Below, in pieces: positions 62,871 to 64,000 of a stretch of 64,000 nt of DNA. Numbering within the stretch: position 1 is the stretch's first letter; each line of letters begins with the position of its first letter. The notes below the pieces were generated by a model. The model worked only from the letters and a program-made list of their open reading frames with translations. It was not told where the DNA came from and did no database searches. Location of the stretch: the NCBI RefSeq assembly GCF_030684315.1, contig NC_081365.1, forward strand, positions 17,112,001 through 17,176,000, written 5' to 3'. Source of the stretch: Stegostoma tigrinum. Lineage: Eukaryota. A program made the position numbers and the translations under genes.

Positions 62871-64000
62871 TTGTATATATTAAAGTCTTGATATTAATGC
62901 TAGACTCATGAATTTGTAACACCTGGATTCAGAATGATAAAGACTCTCAATGGGATGTGAGCCGGAGCAGGAGCCTCCCCTGTGATGCAGCATGGTCTAG
63001 GGTCACTGAGAAAGTTGTTTTTAAAACAAAACTGTCTCACAGTGGATTAGAAATACAGCTGTGGACAATTTTCATGAGGTGCAGTAAAGTCAAGAAACTA
63101 CTTTTTAAGACTTCAATGCCTACATCACTTGAATGAAACTCATCAATTTTTGTGGTTAAGAATCATATTCTTCCTCTTTCCTTAGGTCTGCAACACCATC
63201 AGGTAAGAATGGTCTGATATCATAAATCTATAATCCCTGGGTATTACATTGATGTAATCAAAGCTTACTTCATGCAACGCCCTTATGGCCAATATTTATA
63301 ATCTGTTATCCCAGCGATGTAGACAGGTGAGAGGCAAGAGAGGAGTGGTAAGAGGTGAAAGGTTAATGAGAAAACTATTGTAAGTAACTCAGTACTCAGG
63401 GAGAGTGGTGGGTGGTGGGATGTACATGGATGTTCTGCTCATTGGTCATCCCACAATGGATTTCTACTAGTAATACTAGTGTTCCTACTAGTAATAGCCA
63501 CACATCTAGTGCCTGCTAATTATTTTAGGTGGCTCTGCATCGAAAGTCTGCTTGAATGCATCTGGAGGCAGTACCATGAAATCTTTACAGCTTAGCATCT
63601 CCATGAAAGTGTTGACATATGATGAAAGGGAATCAGTTGGACCTCAGGAACAGAGTTTTCCCTTTTGCAGATAAAGTTTTTGAGTGAGTTTCATGGCACC
63701 CGGTCCTACCTTAGCCTAAAAAAACATTTTCTGCTCTTCACCTCATTATTTATGCAACTGGGCTTTTGCCTGTTCTTCATGGGGTGTCACCTAGTGAGCA
63801 AGACAGAAGCACTCCCCCCTGGTGTGGCCTTCCGGTGTACAAGCCTTTGTGTGTGTTGTCTCACAGTCAGTGTGTCAGTTAAGGACATCCTCGTGATATG
63901 ATCACTGTCATAGTATGAGATGTGAGGAACAGTCAGAAAAACTCACTGAATTCATCAGCATTGCTTCCCCAATTAAATCCAAGAGGAGGAAGCTTATGGG

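Noticed and set aside
62900-64000. IGSF5 signal-peptide exon
   Set aside because: No convincing ATG-hydrophobic-phase-1 donor exon found; probably beyond the window.

Overview
Eukaryotic, repeat-dominated genomic DNA. The HE1-type V-SINEs, CR1 LINEs and IGSF5 orthologue suggest a cartilaginous fish (shark); this is an inference. One host gene is visible: IGSF5 (JAM4)-like on the minus strand. I reconstructed six phase-compatible GT-AG exons (Ig-V, Ig-C, TM, a 25-nt microexon and two cytoplasmic exons, 61858 down to 41458); the signal-peptide exon and terminal exon are unresolved. The rest is mostly retroelements: several CR1 subfamilies, an RTE fragment, SINEs, two solo LTRs, two Penelope-like (PLE) families with minimal hammerhead ribozyme (HHR) motifs in fold-back insertions, and a 26-bp minisatellite. 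There is also a 141-N gap. The main observation is a full-length, young Tx1-clade retrotransposon (9128-14439) inserted inside the catalytic core of a Penelope hammerhead motif, with a 13-bp TSD. Its own 5' end is a 70%-identical copy of the Penelope sequence that follows the cleavage site, so the ribozyme motif is rebuilt at the 5' junction. This suggests a Penelope-ribozyme-targeting retrotransposon that may use the host ribozyme to process its RNA, a hypothesis resting on one copy. Boundaries of old repeats are approximate.
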